In this document: piece by piece, positions 16,480 to 32,411 of the stretch
How positions within the stretch are numbered: position 1 is the stretch's first letter
Layout: each line of letters opens with the position of its first letter
From: the human T2T-CHM13v2.0 reference genome, Homo sapiens
Assembly: GCF_009914755.1 (NCBI RefSeq)
Contig: NC_060934.1
DNA length: 64,000 nucleotides
Direction: 5' to 3' (one strand)
The notes under the pieces: model-generated
Told to the model about the DNA's origin: nothing
Seen by the model: the letters and a program-made list of their open reading frames with translations, nothing else
Database searches by the model: none
Made by a program: the position numbers and the translations under genes

Positions 16480-16770
16480 GGCCAGGCGCAGTGGCTCATG
16501 CCTGTAATCCCAGCACTTTGGGACGCAGAGGCGGGTGGATTACCTGAGTTCAGGAGTTCGAGACCAGCCTGACCAACATGGAGAAACCCCGTCTCTACTA
16601 AAAATACAAAATTAGCAGGGCATGGTGGCACATGCCTATAATCCCAGCTACTTGGGAGGCTGAGGCAGGAGAATCGCTTGAACCCGGGAGGTGGAGGGGT
16701 TGTGGTGAGCCAAGATCACGCTGTTGCACTCCAGCCTGGGCAACAAAAGCGAAACTCCGTCCCAAAAAAA
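16480..16770 (+). mobile_element. AluSp
   Basis: cctgaccaacatggagaaacc diagnostic; TSD aaaaataaatgtaaaaa. Confidence 0.9.
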
Positions 16771-17950
16771 TTAAAAAATAAATGTAAAAAATGGGGCAGT
16801 AACAAAACCTACACATACCTGTGTACTACCTACTATACAGTACATAACTATATACTAAATTATTTTTATTATTGTTATTTTATCATTGTTATTAAAAGTA
16901 TGATATTAAATATGGTGACATTCATTTAAAGTAGGATAGAATAAACTTTCACACCATCTGCATGGGTATGGTCAGTAAATGTGAGAAAAATGAGTAACTG
17001 TTGAGTCAGGTGGAGTATGTTTTCACATGATTTGGCAGGGGATCTGAGGTTTTCTGGACAGTGGAGGATTAGGCCTAGTATTTCTGGAGTATCTTGCAAC
17101 TGACTTCTTGTCTGGCTGCATATACAGTTCCCTTGATAGTATTCTTCAACAAAATAGCTTTGGTCTTAGAAGCCACAGCTCTTTTCACTGGCTTCAGATT
17201 AGATCTGAAATTTGGACTGAGCAAACTGGTCAAAGAAGGAGCTGGAAGTGGTTCTTATACTTGGAAGATGGTAGCTGTTCTGTATAACAGCTGTAGCTTC
17301 CAGAGGCATTTCTTCCTGCCAGCCATAGTCTCTGGATTAGACAGTGATAGCAGTAGGGCAAGCATTATTCAACAGCTAAAAAAAAAGTTAAGGTCGCAGT
17401 GGCATTGTAGTTACACTAGCAGTGAAAAAGAGGTTCTAAAGTGAAACCATGACCTTTCCATCAAGTGGGGTGGTGCTTTTGTAGAGGAACTCACAACCTG
17501 AATCAAAACAAGTTAAATAAATGGTAAAAAGGATTCTGACCTTAGAATGCTTGCTATGTTAGTTGGCACTTACTGGTCTGTATATTCATTTTTACCTAAT
17601 GACGCCAGAATTCAGGAAGCAGGGGGGAAAGGGGAATGTTTGTGGTTCCTGGTACAGGGCATTGGTTTAGCAGTGACTTAACTTTTCCTAATTTCTTTAC
17701 AACAGTGACACTAAATTTCAAGCAAAGCTCCGTCGTCATTCAGTTTGCTTTTTTTATAGCTTGTTGTACATATGTGACTAAGTTATTGATTGCTGTTGAG
17801 GAACATCACTCTTTTGTGGCTTTGAGGAGACAATGCCAAATTGACTAGCCTATTGTTTTATTTTGGTTTTGTGTTTTAGTTCTCGTTAATTATGCTAAGA
17901 GTAGTTTGTTAGGACAGTGGTTTAAAATATATAAGAGAATCAGTATTTTC

Positions 17951-19256
17951 TTTTCTTTTTTTTTTTTTTTTTAAGTATATATTGATCATTCTTGGGTGTT
18001 TCTCGCAGAGGGGGATTTGGCAGGGTCACAGGACAATAGTGGAGGGAAGGTCAGCAAATAAACAAGTGAACAGAGGTCTCTGGTTTTCCTAGGCAGAGGA
18101 CCCTGTGGCCTTCCGCAGTGTTTGTGTCCCTGGGTACTTGAGATTAGGGAGTGGTGATGACTCTTAATGAGCATGCTGCCTTCAAGCATCTGTTTAACAA
18201 AGCACATCTTGCACCACCCTTAATCCATTTAACCCTGAGTGGACACAGTACATGTTTCAGAGAGCACGGGGTTGGGGGTAAGGTTATAGATTAACAGCAT
18301 CCCAAGGCAGAAGAATTTTTCTTAGTACAGAACAAAGTGGAGTCTCCTGTGTCTACTTCTTTCTACACAGACACAGCAACAATCTGATTTCTCTATCTTT
18401 TCCCCACATTTCCCCCTTTTCTATTCGACAAAACCGCCATCGTCATCATGACCCGTTCTCAGTGAGCTGTTGGGTACACCTCCCAGACGGGGCGGCTGCC
18501 GGGCGGAGGGGCTCCTCACTTCTCAGACTGGGCAGCTGCCGGGCGGAGGGGCTCCTCACTTCTCAGACGGGGCGGCCGGGCAGAGACGCTCCTCACCTCC
18601 CAGACGGGGTCGCGGCCGGGCAGAGGCGCTCCTCACATCCCAGATGGGGCGGCGGGGCAGAGGCGCTCCCCACATCTCAGACGATGGGCGGCTGGGCAGA
18701 GACGCTCCTCACTTCCTAGACGGGATGGCGGCCGGGAAGAGGCGCTCCTCACTTCCCAGACTGGGCAGCTGGGCAGAGGGGCTCCTCACATCCCAGACGA
18801 TGGGCGGCCAGGCAGAGACGCTCCTCACTTCCCAGAAGGGGTGGCGGCCGGGCAGAGGCTGCAATCTCGGCACTTTGGGAGGCCAAGGCAGGCGGCTGGG
18901 AGGTGGAGGTTGTAGCGAGCCGAGATCACGCCACTGCACTCCAGCCTGGGCAACATTGAGCATTGAGTGAACGAGACTCCCTCTGCAATCCCGGCACCTC
19001 GGGAGGCCGAGGCTGGCAGATCACTCGCGGTTAGGAGCTGGAGACCAGCCCGGCCAACACAGCGAAACCCCGTCTCCACCAAAAAAATAGAAAAACCAGT
19101 CAGGCGTGGCGGCGCGCGCCTGCAATCCCAGGCACTTGGCAGGCTGAGGCAGGAGAATCAGGCAGGGAGGTTGCAGTGAGCCGAGATGGCGGGAGTACAG
19201 TCCAGCTTCGGCTTGGCATCAGAGGGAGACTAGGGAAAGGGGAGAGGGGAGAGGTT
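17951..19256 (-). mobile_element. Near full-length SVA (older A/B/C-type), antisense to GBF1
   Basis: Poly-T, SINE-R (tcattcttgggtgtttctcgcagagggggatttggcagggtc...), GC-rich VNTR ~18475-18860, Alu-like segment, short degenerate hexamer at ~19220-19254, TSD agtattttc. aggttatagattaacagcatccc variant is typical of pre-SVA_D subfamilies. Confidence 0.95.
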
Positions 19257-19279
19257 AGTATTTTCAAAAATCATCATAT

Positions 19280-19421
19280 AGTACGTGGTTACACAACTCT
19301 GAATATACTAAAACACATTGAATTGTATACTTTAAAGGAGTGAACTATATCTCAATATATAAGGGGTGAGTTATAGCTCAATAAAGCTGTTAACAACAAA
19401 ACAAAAATGCCATACCAAAAA
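19280..19421 (+). mobile_element. Tiny L1M 3'-terminal insertion
   Basis: ggttacacaactctgaatatactaaa...aataaagctgtt; TSD aaaaatcatcata. Confidence 0.65.
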
Positions 19422-19668
19422 AAAAATCATCATACTGATCTGTGACCTTCCAATGGAAGGAATTAAACTAAACTTTTCAAAATGGGGCTACTGGCCCTTA
19501 GGCAAGGTCCTGAGATTATCCTAAAATTATGGATTTAGAGTATTTAATGACTTTTCTGAAGAATTCTTAGAATTCATCTACTAAGCAAATAACCATTCAT
19601 GTAGTTATGATGTAGTCATTGTCAATTTTTACAAGGGAGGAGGATAAGGATCATCACTAAGACTAAAA

Positions 19669-20256
<588 letters not shown>

Positions 20257-21459
20257 TAATTTTTGTATATGATATGAGGTAGGGGTCCAGTTCATTGTTT
20301 TACATGTGGGTATCGAGTTGTCCCAGCAACATTTGTTGAAAAGGCTATTCCCCATTGCATGGTCTTGGCATCCTTGTCAAAATCAATTGACCATAAATGG
20401 CCCTGGTGTAAAATGGCTAATGTCTGTACCTATTTCTCCTAGAAAAAGCCTTACACAGCCTCCCTGAGGTCTTAGAAAATCTTGATGACTTTCTACTGCT
20501 ATGGCTGCCTAAAGAATAATTCAGGTTGTTTCCATATGAATACTGCTACACCTGAGTGAGAACAGGTTAAGGATTACGGTGTCTGTAAGCCTCCTGTCAT
20601 ATATTCAGGCAGCTCACACCACGCAGCTTCAGTTCTCCAGGCTAAGGCATGGCATTAAAATTGTGAAGGACTTCAAAAATTTAATCCGACTTTCTACCAA
20701 GTACTCTAAATTATCTCAAATATTATTGTTGTTTTATGATAAATCTCAATATACAAAGCAGGTACCCTCTCAGTACTTACTTTTTCAAAAATTTCCTTAG
20801 CTATTCTTATCTGAATGTTTTAAATACATTATTTTGTTTAATTATCAAGCCGAGGAGGTAGGGTTGTGCTATTTTCTTTGTCATTTTACAGATGCAGAAA
20901 CTGAGGCTTAGAGAAGTTTATTTGCTATGGTCATACCAGGACTGGGATTTTAATCTAGTTTTTTTTTTACTCCAAAGGCATTGCCTTTAGAGAGCACATA
21001 ATGAATTATATGTGAAGTCTCCATCTTCACATATAATTAAGTTCTTCTAATAGGAATAAAATAACTGCAAAAATATATCCAAACAGAAAAATGGTACATA
21101 AGGTTTAAGCTTAAGCCAATATATACTTAAGGGGAAAATCTAAACTATATTTAAGATTCATTGGCCTTTTATAATCTATATTCTGACTTAGAAAGGGGAT
21201 ATGGACCGTTCTTTGAATACTTACTTGTTTTATAGCTAAAGAGGTCCTCACAGTCATGGGCCACATCGTATGTAATTTTGAAAACATTACAACATGCAAA
21301 GACTTCGAATGCCGTATGTGGTTCTGGTTGCAGCATCTAAGAAAGATATATATATTTTTTAAATCTGAGAAAATTTTGGAGTGGTAAAATAAAATACTTT
21401 CCAGTCTTAGAATATTAGGATTTAGGAACATAATCTTCAAGGTGAAATTAGGTAAAAGG

Positions 21460-21770
<311 letters not shown>

Positions 21771-21832
21771 ATTAGGTAAAAGGAAAAGTTCTTCCTTATG
21801 TAGTAGTAAGTAAATTTTTAAAATTTTATACA

Positions 21833-22015
21833 AGCCGGGTGTGGTGGTGCAAGCCTGTAGTCCCAGCTACTCAGAAGCCTGAGACAGGAGGATCGTTTGA
21901 GCTCAGGAGTTCAAGACCAGCCTGGGCAACATAGCAAGACGCACATCTCTTAAAAAAAAAGAAAGAAAGAAAGAAAGAAAAAGAATAAAAAATTAGCTGG
22001 GTGTGGTGGTTCATA
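21833..22015 (+). mobile_element. FLAM/AluJ fragment
   Basis: Monomer, (GAAA)n, then the start of a right arm. Confidence 0.75.
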
Positions 22016-22133
22016 CCAAAATAAAAATTTTATGTAAAACATTGGTTCAAGAAGGATTGAGATCAGGCATTCTGATCTGGGATCCAGGAATGGGCTTCAG
22101 GAGATTAATGAACCTTCTGAAATTATATGCAGA

Positions 22134-22135
<2 letters not shown>

Positions 22136-22178
<43 letters not shown>
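22136..22178. repeat. (TG)~21 microsatellite
   Basis: Perfect dinucleotide run. Confidence 0.97.
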
Positions 22179-22182
<4 letters not shown>

Positions 22183-22288
22183 GATCACCTCAGTGAAATA
22201 ATATTAAGAGGTGAAATAATATTAAGAGGTACCACTGTACTTCTAATTCTGGACAAATCTTTCTCCTAGCTATAGAAATTGGAGTCCT

Positions 22289-22746
<458 letters not shown>

Positions 22747-23379
22747 TCAATAAATTTGTATTGAATATCTTTTGTATGCCAGACACTTGTGGGTGCTTTG
22801 TGTAATACAAACATGATCACTTTAAATGAGTGTGAAGTACTGTTCTGGGCAGGTGAAGGGTAAAAGGAGAGCATCCCTCTCAAAATGATGGAAATAGGAT
22901 GATAGGTTTGGGGGAGAGCAGGGATCTCCAGAGGGAGAGAATGATGAATAGGTAGGTTGGATTCATGTTGTGGATGCCCTTAAATACCAACTGAGCAAGG
23001 TTACTATATATATATATACAATTAAAGGATACCTAAGAAGAAGCCTGAAGACTTGAGATATAGACTGGGCTTTATCATAATTAGCTGTGTTACCCTTAGG
23101 TAAGTGATTTTACCTCTCTTGACCTCAGCTGCACTACTCAAACACACACATAAACACAAATGAGACGGGAAATGAGCTGGGTGTCTGTTTCCTTACAGCT
23201 CTAAATTCTGTTATTCCCCTTAATTCAGTTTTAATAGAAGTGGGAAATCATTCATTGAAGGTTTCTGAGCATGGGAGTTCTCTTCAACAGAATTACTGCT
23301 GTTTCACTACCTGGTTGCTATATTTATTAATGCTCTTTCTTCCACCCTTATGTGATTGCTCTGGGAGGGACTGTCTCTT

Positions 23380-23683
<304 letters not shown>

Positions 23684-24290
23684 GGGGCTGTCTCTTTAGA
23701 TAGTTACTGATGTGGCCAAGGAATTGGCCATTATTATTAGCTTATATTATTGAGAACATGGGGATGGTCAGGTATCTATTCTTGAATTAGATCTGAAGCT
23801 GGTCTTGTTTCCTCATGTTATCAGTCACTGACCTGTGAACTGGTCCATGTGTCCACAATGTGGGCAGCAGGTAAGTGCTGACATTTTGATGGCCACATCA
23901 TATTTCAGGGATCTATGAGAAGGTCTGTAATGACCATGGAAAGCCAGCCAAGAATCTCCTTGCCATGGACAAATGGGAGAAGTTACTAAATTTAGCGGAC
24001 ATTAAGCTGTAAATTATTTGAAAGGTGGAAAAGGATTCTATTCAGAGACTATCCAGAATTTCCATTTACTAATCAGGCCTTGTGCTGTAGAGGCTTTCAT
24101 CCCAGGAAAAGTATTGCTTTCTCTCTTCCTCTTTCCCCACACTTTTGTTCCTGTTATAGTGGGAGGATGATTTTCAGCTCTTACTATAACATGGACTTCA
24201 GTGCATGTTGCTATTAGATGCCAAGGGCCTCAGGATGATAAAATCTGAGGATTCTGATTCTGATTCTGCTATTTAAAAATTAGAATATGA

Positions 24291-24775
<485 letters not shown>

Positions 24776-25338
24776 AATCAGATTTCCCAGTAGGAAAATG
24801 GGAGAAAGACTTGAACAGACATTCACAATAGAGGATACCTAAATAATCAGTAAACATAAGAAAAGGTGCTCAACTTCATTAGTCATTAGGGAACTTCAAA
24901 ACCACCATAGAATACTACTACACATAGAGCAAAATAGCAAAAATGAAAAAGATACACAATATCAAGTGATAGCAAGGATGTGGAGTAACTCAGACTTTCA
25001 TACCCTAAGGGTAAATAGGGTAAATTGGAAAGCTGGCTGCATCTACAAGAGCTGATTTGCCAGCAATTACATTTCTAAGAATATGCCCAGCAGGTAATCA
25101 TATATATGTTCACCAAAAGATGTTTATGAGAATGTTTATAGCAGTGTTGTTCACAGAAGCTAAAAAAAAAAAAAAAAAAAAAGAGGAAACTGCCCAAATC
25201 TCCATCAGAAATAAAATGGATAAGTAAAATGTGAAAATTCTCATAGTGGAATACTATAAATAAATGAGAATTAGTAAACTACAATATCTTACAACACAGA
25301 TGACTTTCTCCAGCATAATATTGAGTGAAAGAAGCCAA

Positions 25339-25860
25339 TCCATACCCAAAAGACTATAAATCATGCTGCTATAAAGACACACGCACACGTATGTTTATTG
25401 CGGCACTATTCCCAATAGCAAAGACTTGGAACCAACCCAAGTGTCCAACAGTGATAGACCGGATTAAGAAAATGTGGCACATATACACCATGGAATACTA
25501 TGCAGCCATAAAAAATGATGAGTTCATGTCCTTTGTAGGGACATGGATGAAATTGGAAATCATCATTCTCAGTAAACTATCGCAAGGACAAAAAACCAAA
25601 CACCACATGTTCTCACTCATAGGTGGGAATTGAACAATGAGAACACATGGACACAGGAAGGGGAACATCACACTCTGGGGACTGTTGTGGGGTAGGGGGA
25701 GGGGGGAGGGATAGCATTAGGAGATACACCTAATGCTAAATGATGAGTTAATGGGTGCAGCACACCAGCATGGCACATGTATACATATGTAACTAACCTG
25801 CACATTGTGCACATGTACCCTAAAACTTAAAGTATAATAATAATAAAATTAAAAAAAAAA
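25339..25860 (+). mobile_element. 5'-truncated L1PA3-like element (end of ORF2 plus 3' UTR)
   Basis: ORF 25325-25633 ends ...MFSLIGGN (L1 ORF2 C-terminus). G-rich 3' UTR, AATAAA at 25842-25847, A tail, TSD aaagaagccaa. Confidence 0.93.
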
Positions 25861-28800
25861 AGAAGCCAAACCAAAGGAGCTTCTACTTCATGATGCCATT
25901 TATGTAAAGTTCAGGCAGAGAAAATCAGTGGTTTAAGAAGTTAGAATAATGATTATCTTTGGAGGGATTGCAACTGGAAGAAGTCATGATTGGGATTTCT
26001 GGGTCCTAATAGTGCTCTGTGTCTTGATCTGAGTGCCGACTACATGAGTGGTTAGGTTTGCAAAATTCATTGAGTTATGCACTTAATGGTGTTGTCTTAT
26101 TAGAGCTGATGGAGGAGAGAGGGCTTCAATTTGCACAACTGAGTAATCAGCTAGGCCCAGTCACTAGGTGAACAACTTACTGCTACCAATCAGCCTTAGA
26201 GCAGGAATCAAACTCATGTCTCAGAAAAGTTATTAATTACAGCTTGTCTTGGGACTTCCTTCAGAGTCACTCTTGAATAGCTGAAATAGTAAATGTTAAA
26301 TCTGTGGATGCAAGTGTGTAAATTATTTTAGTCATCAGCTCTAATAAGATGGCCTTTGGGGAAATGAGTATAAGGTCACGAAAATGAAATGGCAAGAAGG
26401 AGGTCTACTATTTCTTCTGTAATACTGATTTTTACCCCATCAGGGTCAGTCCCCAGAGGTTGTAAATGTGAAGCTTGTTCTTTTTCTTTAGTAAGCTGAG
26501 TTTGTGGCTTTTTAAAGCTTTGCTTCACTGTTCTCATTTGTAAGTGAGATATTGCTTGTTCACCTCCCATAGCTGATGAGGAGATTCTTGTGCACTGTAT
26601 TTGTTGAGATAAGGCTGGTTTGGGGTTTTGTTTTCATCTTTGTTTTTTAGTTAAATCATAACCTAGTTATGATTTTTGTGTGTCCTTGTTTATGGATCTG
26701 GAATTTAATTCATTATTAGTTGTAGAATGAAAGGTAAGATTTTGTTTTACTCTTCTCCTGAATTTTCTCCCCATTCTAGATCTGTTGGCATAAAATTTTA
26801 ACCAGAAGCTAATTTAGTGATGCTGAGTTAGTCCTAGAAATTAGTTTCAATTCTAGTGTTAATATAGTCTGGGTTTCTAAGTTGTAGAAAAATCTCATTT
26901 TTTGGTTCTTGGTTTTCATTTGTATAATTTAGGGAAAATACAACCAACTGTATTTTAAACATATATAGTCCTCATCTTTTCTGTTGGGCTTGAAGAGTTG
27001 TACTGGGTATTATGGAACTGGAAAGAAGCCATGTGGATAGTTACGGTATTTAGGTGGATTTGTTGTTGGTAGAAGTGGTGAATTGGAAAAGTGATAGGGT
27101 ACATATGTTTCGCCTTCAAGGCAAGTCTATTCTTACTGTTTGATGTCAGAGTAAAAAGTGTCAGTAGCTGAAAAAGACAAAAGAATCTTGACAGAGTGGG
27201 AAAAGTCGTGCCTCATGTTCTATTGATCAAAAGGAGGTTATATTTTCAAACTAGCTTCCTAAGATGAAATTGAAGCTGTACATGTGCCCTACTTATCCTT
27301 GTTTTTCCTGATTTTGGTTTTTCAGATTATTCCTATTAAACATGATATGCTGATTAGCACTGAATATTTTAGGTCTGCTACGCCTGTATTAGTTGAGATT
27401 CCTCTTAATTTGTGTTAGATCTCTGTTAGGTCATTTCTACTGCTGGCATTCCCTAGACTAGAGGCCTGCACGCACATTTGTATTCTAATGAGTATAAGCA
27501 CTAGGTGTTTTTCTTGGCACTAAGAAAACCTTGCAGCATCATTAACCTAGGAGAGATTTGGGGTTTACACATTAACTATGGGAGGTTGATCAGTTTGTGG
27601 CCTATACACCAAGACTGTTCTTTATCACCCCCAAGCCACATTTGAGCAGGGATTGAGGAAGGGGTTGATTTTTCTGTTTATTAGAGGTGACATGAGCAGT
27701 GGGGCAGCGGCAAAGAGGCCATGTTGCTCTTGCTAAATATACATCCCTGACAGTTGGATAATAGGTTCCAGGAAGTTCAGTGGAAAATTAAAACAAAGCA
27801 ACATTTATAGCTGATTGAACTTGAAAAGCCATTTTGGTGTTGAATGGCAAATATGTGGACTTCAGCATTCCTGGAGCCTGATGCATCCCGCTGGATGGCC
27901 CTGTTCCTGTGTACATGATGGCCTGGGGACTCAGCAGTGTGCAGGGTACTCTCCTTTAGAGGGTGCTTTGAGGAAAGAAGTTTGCTGCCACTTACAGAAG
28001 TCCCCTTCCCATACAGTGATATAACACAAGTACCCCATGTCCAGGGAGCATCTTTCCTCTGATGGCTTGAGGACTTATTTATTAAAAGGACAGGAATGTC
28101 TGGCAAGAAACAGAGGAGCTCTTAAGTACTGTAAATACTCCTAGTCACTCTGCATCAGGGCTGCAAGTTTAAGCAGATTGCTGTGGTGTATACACATGAT
28201 TTTAGCATGATAACACTTCTGTTTAATGTCCTTAGTTGTTCTGGGGCCACCACTGGCGTGAGCCTTAAGAAAGGCTAACGCGGCTGTGAAGAAAGGGCTT
28301 TATAGTCTGTGTGTGGAGTGGTTAATTTTCTTAGAACTAAAAGAGAAGCTGCAGGGGATGGGAAGGGAAAATGAAGTCATGGTACAGGAAATATAGGTGA
28401 AGAGAGAATTGAGCCATTTGCAAGTATCAAGAAAAGTTGCTACACATTCCCATCTTTTTCTCCAGGATGATCTTACGCTATTGCTTCTATGTGTTTGTCT
28501 TTTGAGAAGCAAGGCCAGGGTGTCTGATGGGAACTTACGAACCTTGGTTTGCTAAGGGTGATGAGAAAACCTCTGTCATTTGACCCTGTCAGTCCCTTGG
28601 TGACTTCATCCAAACCAGCTTGGCTGTCAGGAAAATATGAATTGTGGCTATGGGCCTAATTTCTTCTGTTCCCACTCAAATGAACTGCCTTTGCTAGCTG
28701 TAGAATCAACTATTCCTATGCCCCATGAATTTCCCCAAAGTTGAACTACTCCAGTGGAACTGAGGGTTTATTGGTTCCCTACCATTTCAGGGCATTTCCC

Positions 28801-28973
28801 CAGCAAATAAGAGTCTTTCATCCCTTGTGTTTTAACTGAAAAACAGAGACCCAGCCATAACAATTCCCTCAGCTCCTCCTTTACTTAATGAAGAGCTTGA
28901 GTAGGCCCCACTTTTAAATATCTCTTCTATAAGTATGGTGCACTGTTCACAAACTTAGAAAATGTTAAATCTC

Positions 28974-29280
28974 GCCGGGCGTGGTAGCTCACGCCTGTAA
29001 TCCCAGCACTTTGGGAGGTCAAGGCAGGAGGATCACCTGAGGTCAGGAGTTTGAGACCAGCCTGACCAGCATGGAGAAACCCTGTCTCTACTAAAAATAC
29101 AAAATTAGCTGGGCGTGGTGGCGCATGCCTGTAATCCCATCTATTCAATGGAGGCCGAGGCGGGAGAATGGCTTGAACGTCGGGGGTGGAGGTTGCGGTG
29201 AGCTGAGATCTTACCATTGCACTCCAGCCTGGGCAACAAGAGCGTAACTCTGTCTCAGAAAAAAAAAAAAAAAGAAAGAA
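28974..29280 (+). mobile_element. AluSp
   Basis: cctgacca.catggagaaacc; TSD agaaaatgttaaatctc. Confidence 0.9.
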
Positions 29281-31078
29281 AATGTTAAATCTCTCTCTGC
29301 CCTACTCTGCTGTGGGGTTGAGGAACAATCCACTTAATGGGTCTCTTCTCTTTTGCTTAGCTGTAGCCACGGCAGCTCTATGTGTAGGTTGGTTGGCAAG
29401 CATTTATAAACTTTGGATAACCTGGCACCCAGCCCTTGGTTCACTTATTTTAATGCTACTAAAGTTTAGTTTTCAATTCAATAATCTTTGTTGGTAGGGC
29501 GTAACTATTCTAGTTAGCAATTCCATCCGTTGCAAGGGAATGCTGACAGCTGACCTGCTGTCGTCTATGCAGGTTAAAAGATCTTAGTTAAAAGATCTTA
29601 GTTGGAGTAAGCCTATACTTTTGGTGTTCCCAGACTATGAAACTGCTGCAGGTAGAAACAACTGTTTGTTTTGGTTTCTTCAGCAGATAGAGCTTTGCCC
29701 ATGAGACACTGCTCCTGGTGTTTGCCTCGGGTACCTGTAAAGTCACTGAGGAAGAAACAGATCTTCCAGTGAATTGAGCTTAATTGTGGTCTGTTGCTTT
29801 CTCTGTCTGTGTCTCATACTGGCATCATGAGTTTCCTTTCTGAGTCAGTTAAATCTGAGCTGTGCCTTGTCCTGTGGAAATCTGAGGCTTGGCTAGGCTC
29901 ATCTTGATGGTCTCCAAATGGTGAAATTGGGGCTAAGGTGTGTGGAAATGCACACCTTAGCCCTGTGTGCAGGGCTGTGGTGTCTTATAGATACAGTACT
30001 TTCTAGTGAGTGCTCACTTAGGCAGGGCCAAGAAAGTAGTTCTGAATGGGAACTCCAGAGGCCTAATCCAGATATAGCATATTATAGGTGCTAATGAAGA
30101 GGAATTGTGCTGCTGAGCAAAGGAAAGCTTTTGTGACTTGAAAGCACGTTCTGTGTATCATGGAGGCTGGGTTATTTTCCCAGCTTTAGGCGAGTGGCAC
30201 TAACTACAAGTTTCATGTTCTTCTGAGTACACATGAGTCGGTACTGCAGTCAGTATACTTCTTTTCCTGAAATAAGAAAGTGATTTACGAGGTGTGGGCC
30301 CTTACGTGAAAGAAAACAAAACCAGCCGCTCTGTGGGCCTGTAAAATTCCTGTGCCATCTCAGTGGTGTGGGTTACAGGAGGAGAAGATGGAGAGGGCTA
30401 GCTGGCCCTCCCTTGCTGGGGCTCAGCTGCCCCAAATACTTGTGATATTGCAGGTTATTTATGAGCTCGTCTGGACTGGGATTCACTGCCCCACACCCTG
30501 GTAGGTGAAGATTTGCAGGCAGAATGTAGAAGCCCTCATTAATCTTCCTGGTCTTGTTGAGGATTTCTTGTCGGCCTGAGCTCCTGTTGGAGAATGAACT
30601 GGCTTTTCCACTGAACTACAATGGCTCAGATTAATATTAATCCCCTTAATGCTGCAGTTCATGATATAGTCATTAGGTGACTTGGAACTAATCCTGTCCA
30701 CCTAACTAGTGTGATTTATTAAATACACATGGAGATCGAGTCTGAATACAGCTAGGCAGAATCAGCAGCAAATAAATACCTCTGTGTATCTGTATTAATG
30801 CTGGTTGATTGGGACACAATTGCAGGCTGGGCTAGGGAGAAACAAGGGCCAAAAGGAGGCTGAGCTCTCTTAATCAACAGTATTTTCCCACCTCTACCCT
30901 TTAATTTAGATGGCAGAAACTATTAAACTCTTGGTAACAGTTTTAGGAGCAGTGATGAGAGCGTATGTCAGGAACAGGGATTATAAGTAATCCAGTTCTG
31001 TGCATGTAAAGTCAAAGAAGAGAAAAAAAGAAACCATATATGCATTTGAAAAAATGTAAAGACATAAGCTCAAACTAA

Positions 31079-31410
<332 letters not shown>

Positions 31411-32193
31411 AACCTGTCAATTATTTGAGTGACTTTTCCTCCTATACTTTCTTCCTTTAAGTTTTAAGAGTAACGGTTCAAATGGAGCTTTCTCTACAAT
31501 TTAACTTCCTTAGCTTCCTTTAAATTCTTAATCAGTAGACACCCTAGGCCAGGCAATGATCTCACTGTTCTATTACTTCTCCTGGCTTCAAGGCTTGAAT
31601 TTTTCTTTTTGAAATGGGTAAGGAGATGGAGTAGCCATGCCTGCCATATAACAGTTCTCTTCTCTGAGATCCTTGCCCAAGTTAGCAGAAGCATAATTTC
31701 TTTGGTAAATAATTGATGTTTATCGTTTCCCTTTCTCAAACCTCCTTTTCTTCCCCTTCTTTGCTCTTTCAGCAGAGATGGCATTAATATGAAAAACATC
31801 TACCTAGCTGGCTTCATTTAATCAGGCAAGTCTGACATTTGTGAAACCTCTCATTAACATTTTCCCCAAAGAGCACAAAATGGCCTCCCCTCCAAATACA
31901 GCCACCTCAAAGTTTAGGCTTCTTTCCATCACCATTGGCAGGCTGTTCTCAGAGATGTTACTTCTCTAAACTCACACTCCTGGCCAACAGCCACTGGTCA
32001 CATATGGGGGGACCTTCTGTTCAGGTGCTGCCCTATTCCTTGTAAACATCGCTTATTACCAATTTTCCTGGAAATAACAAGAAATCTTTGATAGGAATAC
32101 TGGAGTATAGGTTTCTTCAGTACTTACATAGGACCTTTCTCCACCAATTCAGAAACATCAGTTGAAGACTACTATGTTCATGGTCCTCTACTT

Positions 32194-32400
32194 CAGGGGG
32201 TCCCCAACCCCCTGGCCACGGACCCGTTAGGAACTGGGCCGCACAGCAGGAGGTAAGTGGTGGGCGAGCAAGCATTACTGCCTGAGCTCTGCCTCCTGTC
32301 AGTTAAGCTGCAGCATTAGATTCTCATAGGAGTGTGAACCCTATTGTGAACTGCACACATGAGGGATCTAGGTTACGTGCTCCTTATGAGAATGTAACTA
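32194..32400 (+). mobile_element. MER1B 5' half
   Basis: cagggggtccccaacccc...gcattagattctcataggag...ctccttatgagaat. Confidence 0.85.
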
Positions 32401-32411
32401 ACACTGTAGAA

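Noticed and set aside
18462-19179. Longest ORFs (up to 166 aa) in GC-rich sequence
   Set aside because: They lie within the SVA VNTR and Alu-like region; stop-poor repeat sequence, not a gene or a CpG-island promoter.
22193-22228. 18-bp direct repeat gtgaaataatattaagag x2 (similarly a 14-bp repeat at 29573-29600)
   Set aside because: Ordinary slippage duplications with no spacers; not a CRISPR-like array.
23085-23106. TAG|GTAAGT motif
   Set aside because: Inside a MIR core and lacks a polypyrimidine tract.
25325-25633. 102-aa ORF resembling a real protein
   Set aside because: C-terminal fragment of L1 ORF2 in a 5'-truncated insertion.
27777-28106. 109-aa minus-strand ORF in unique sequence
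   Set aside because: No recognisable protein family or processed-pseudogene hallmarks.
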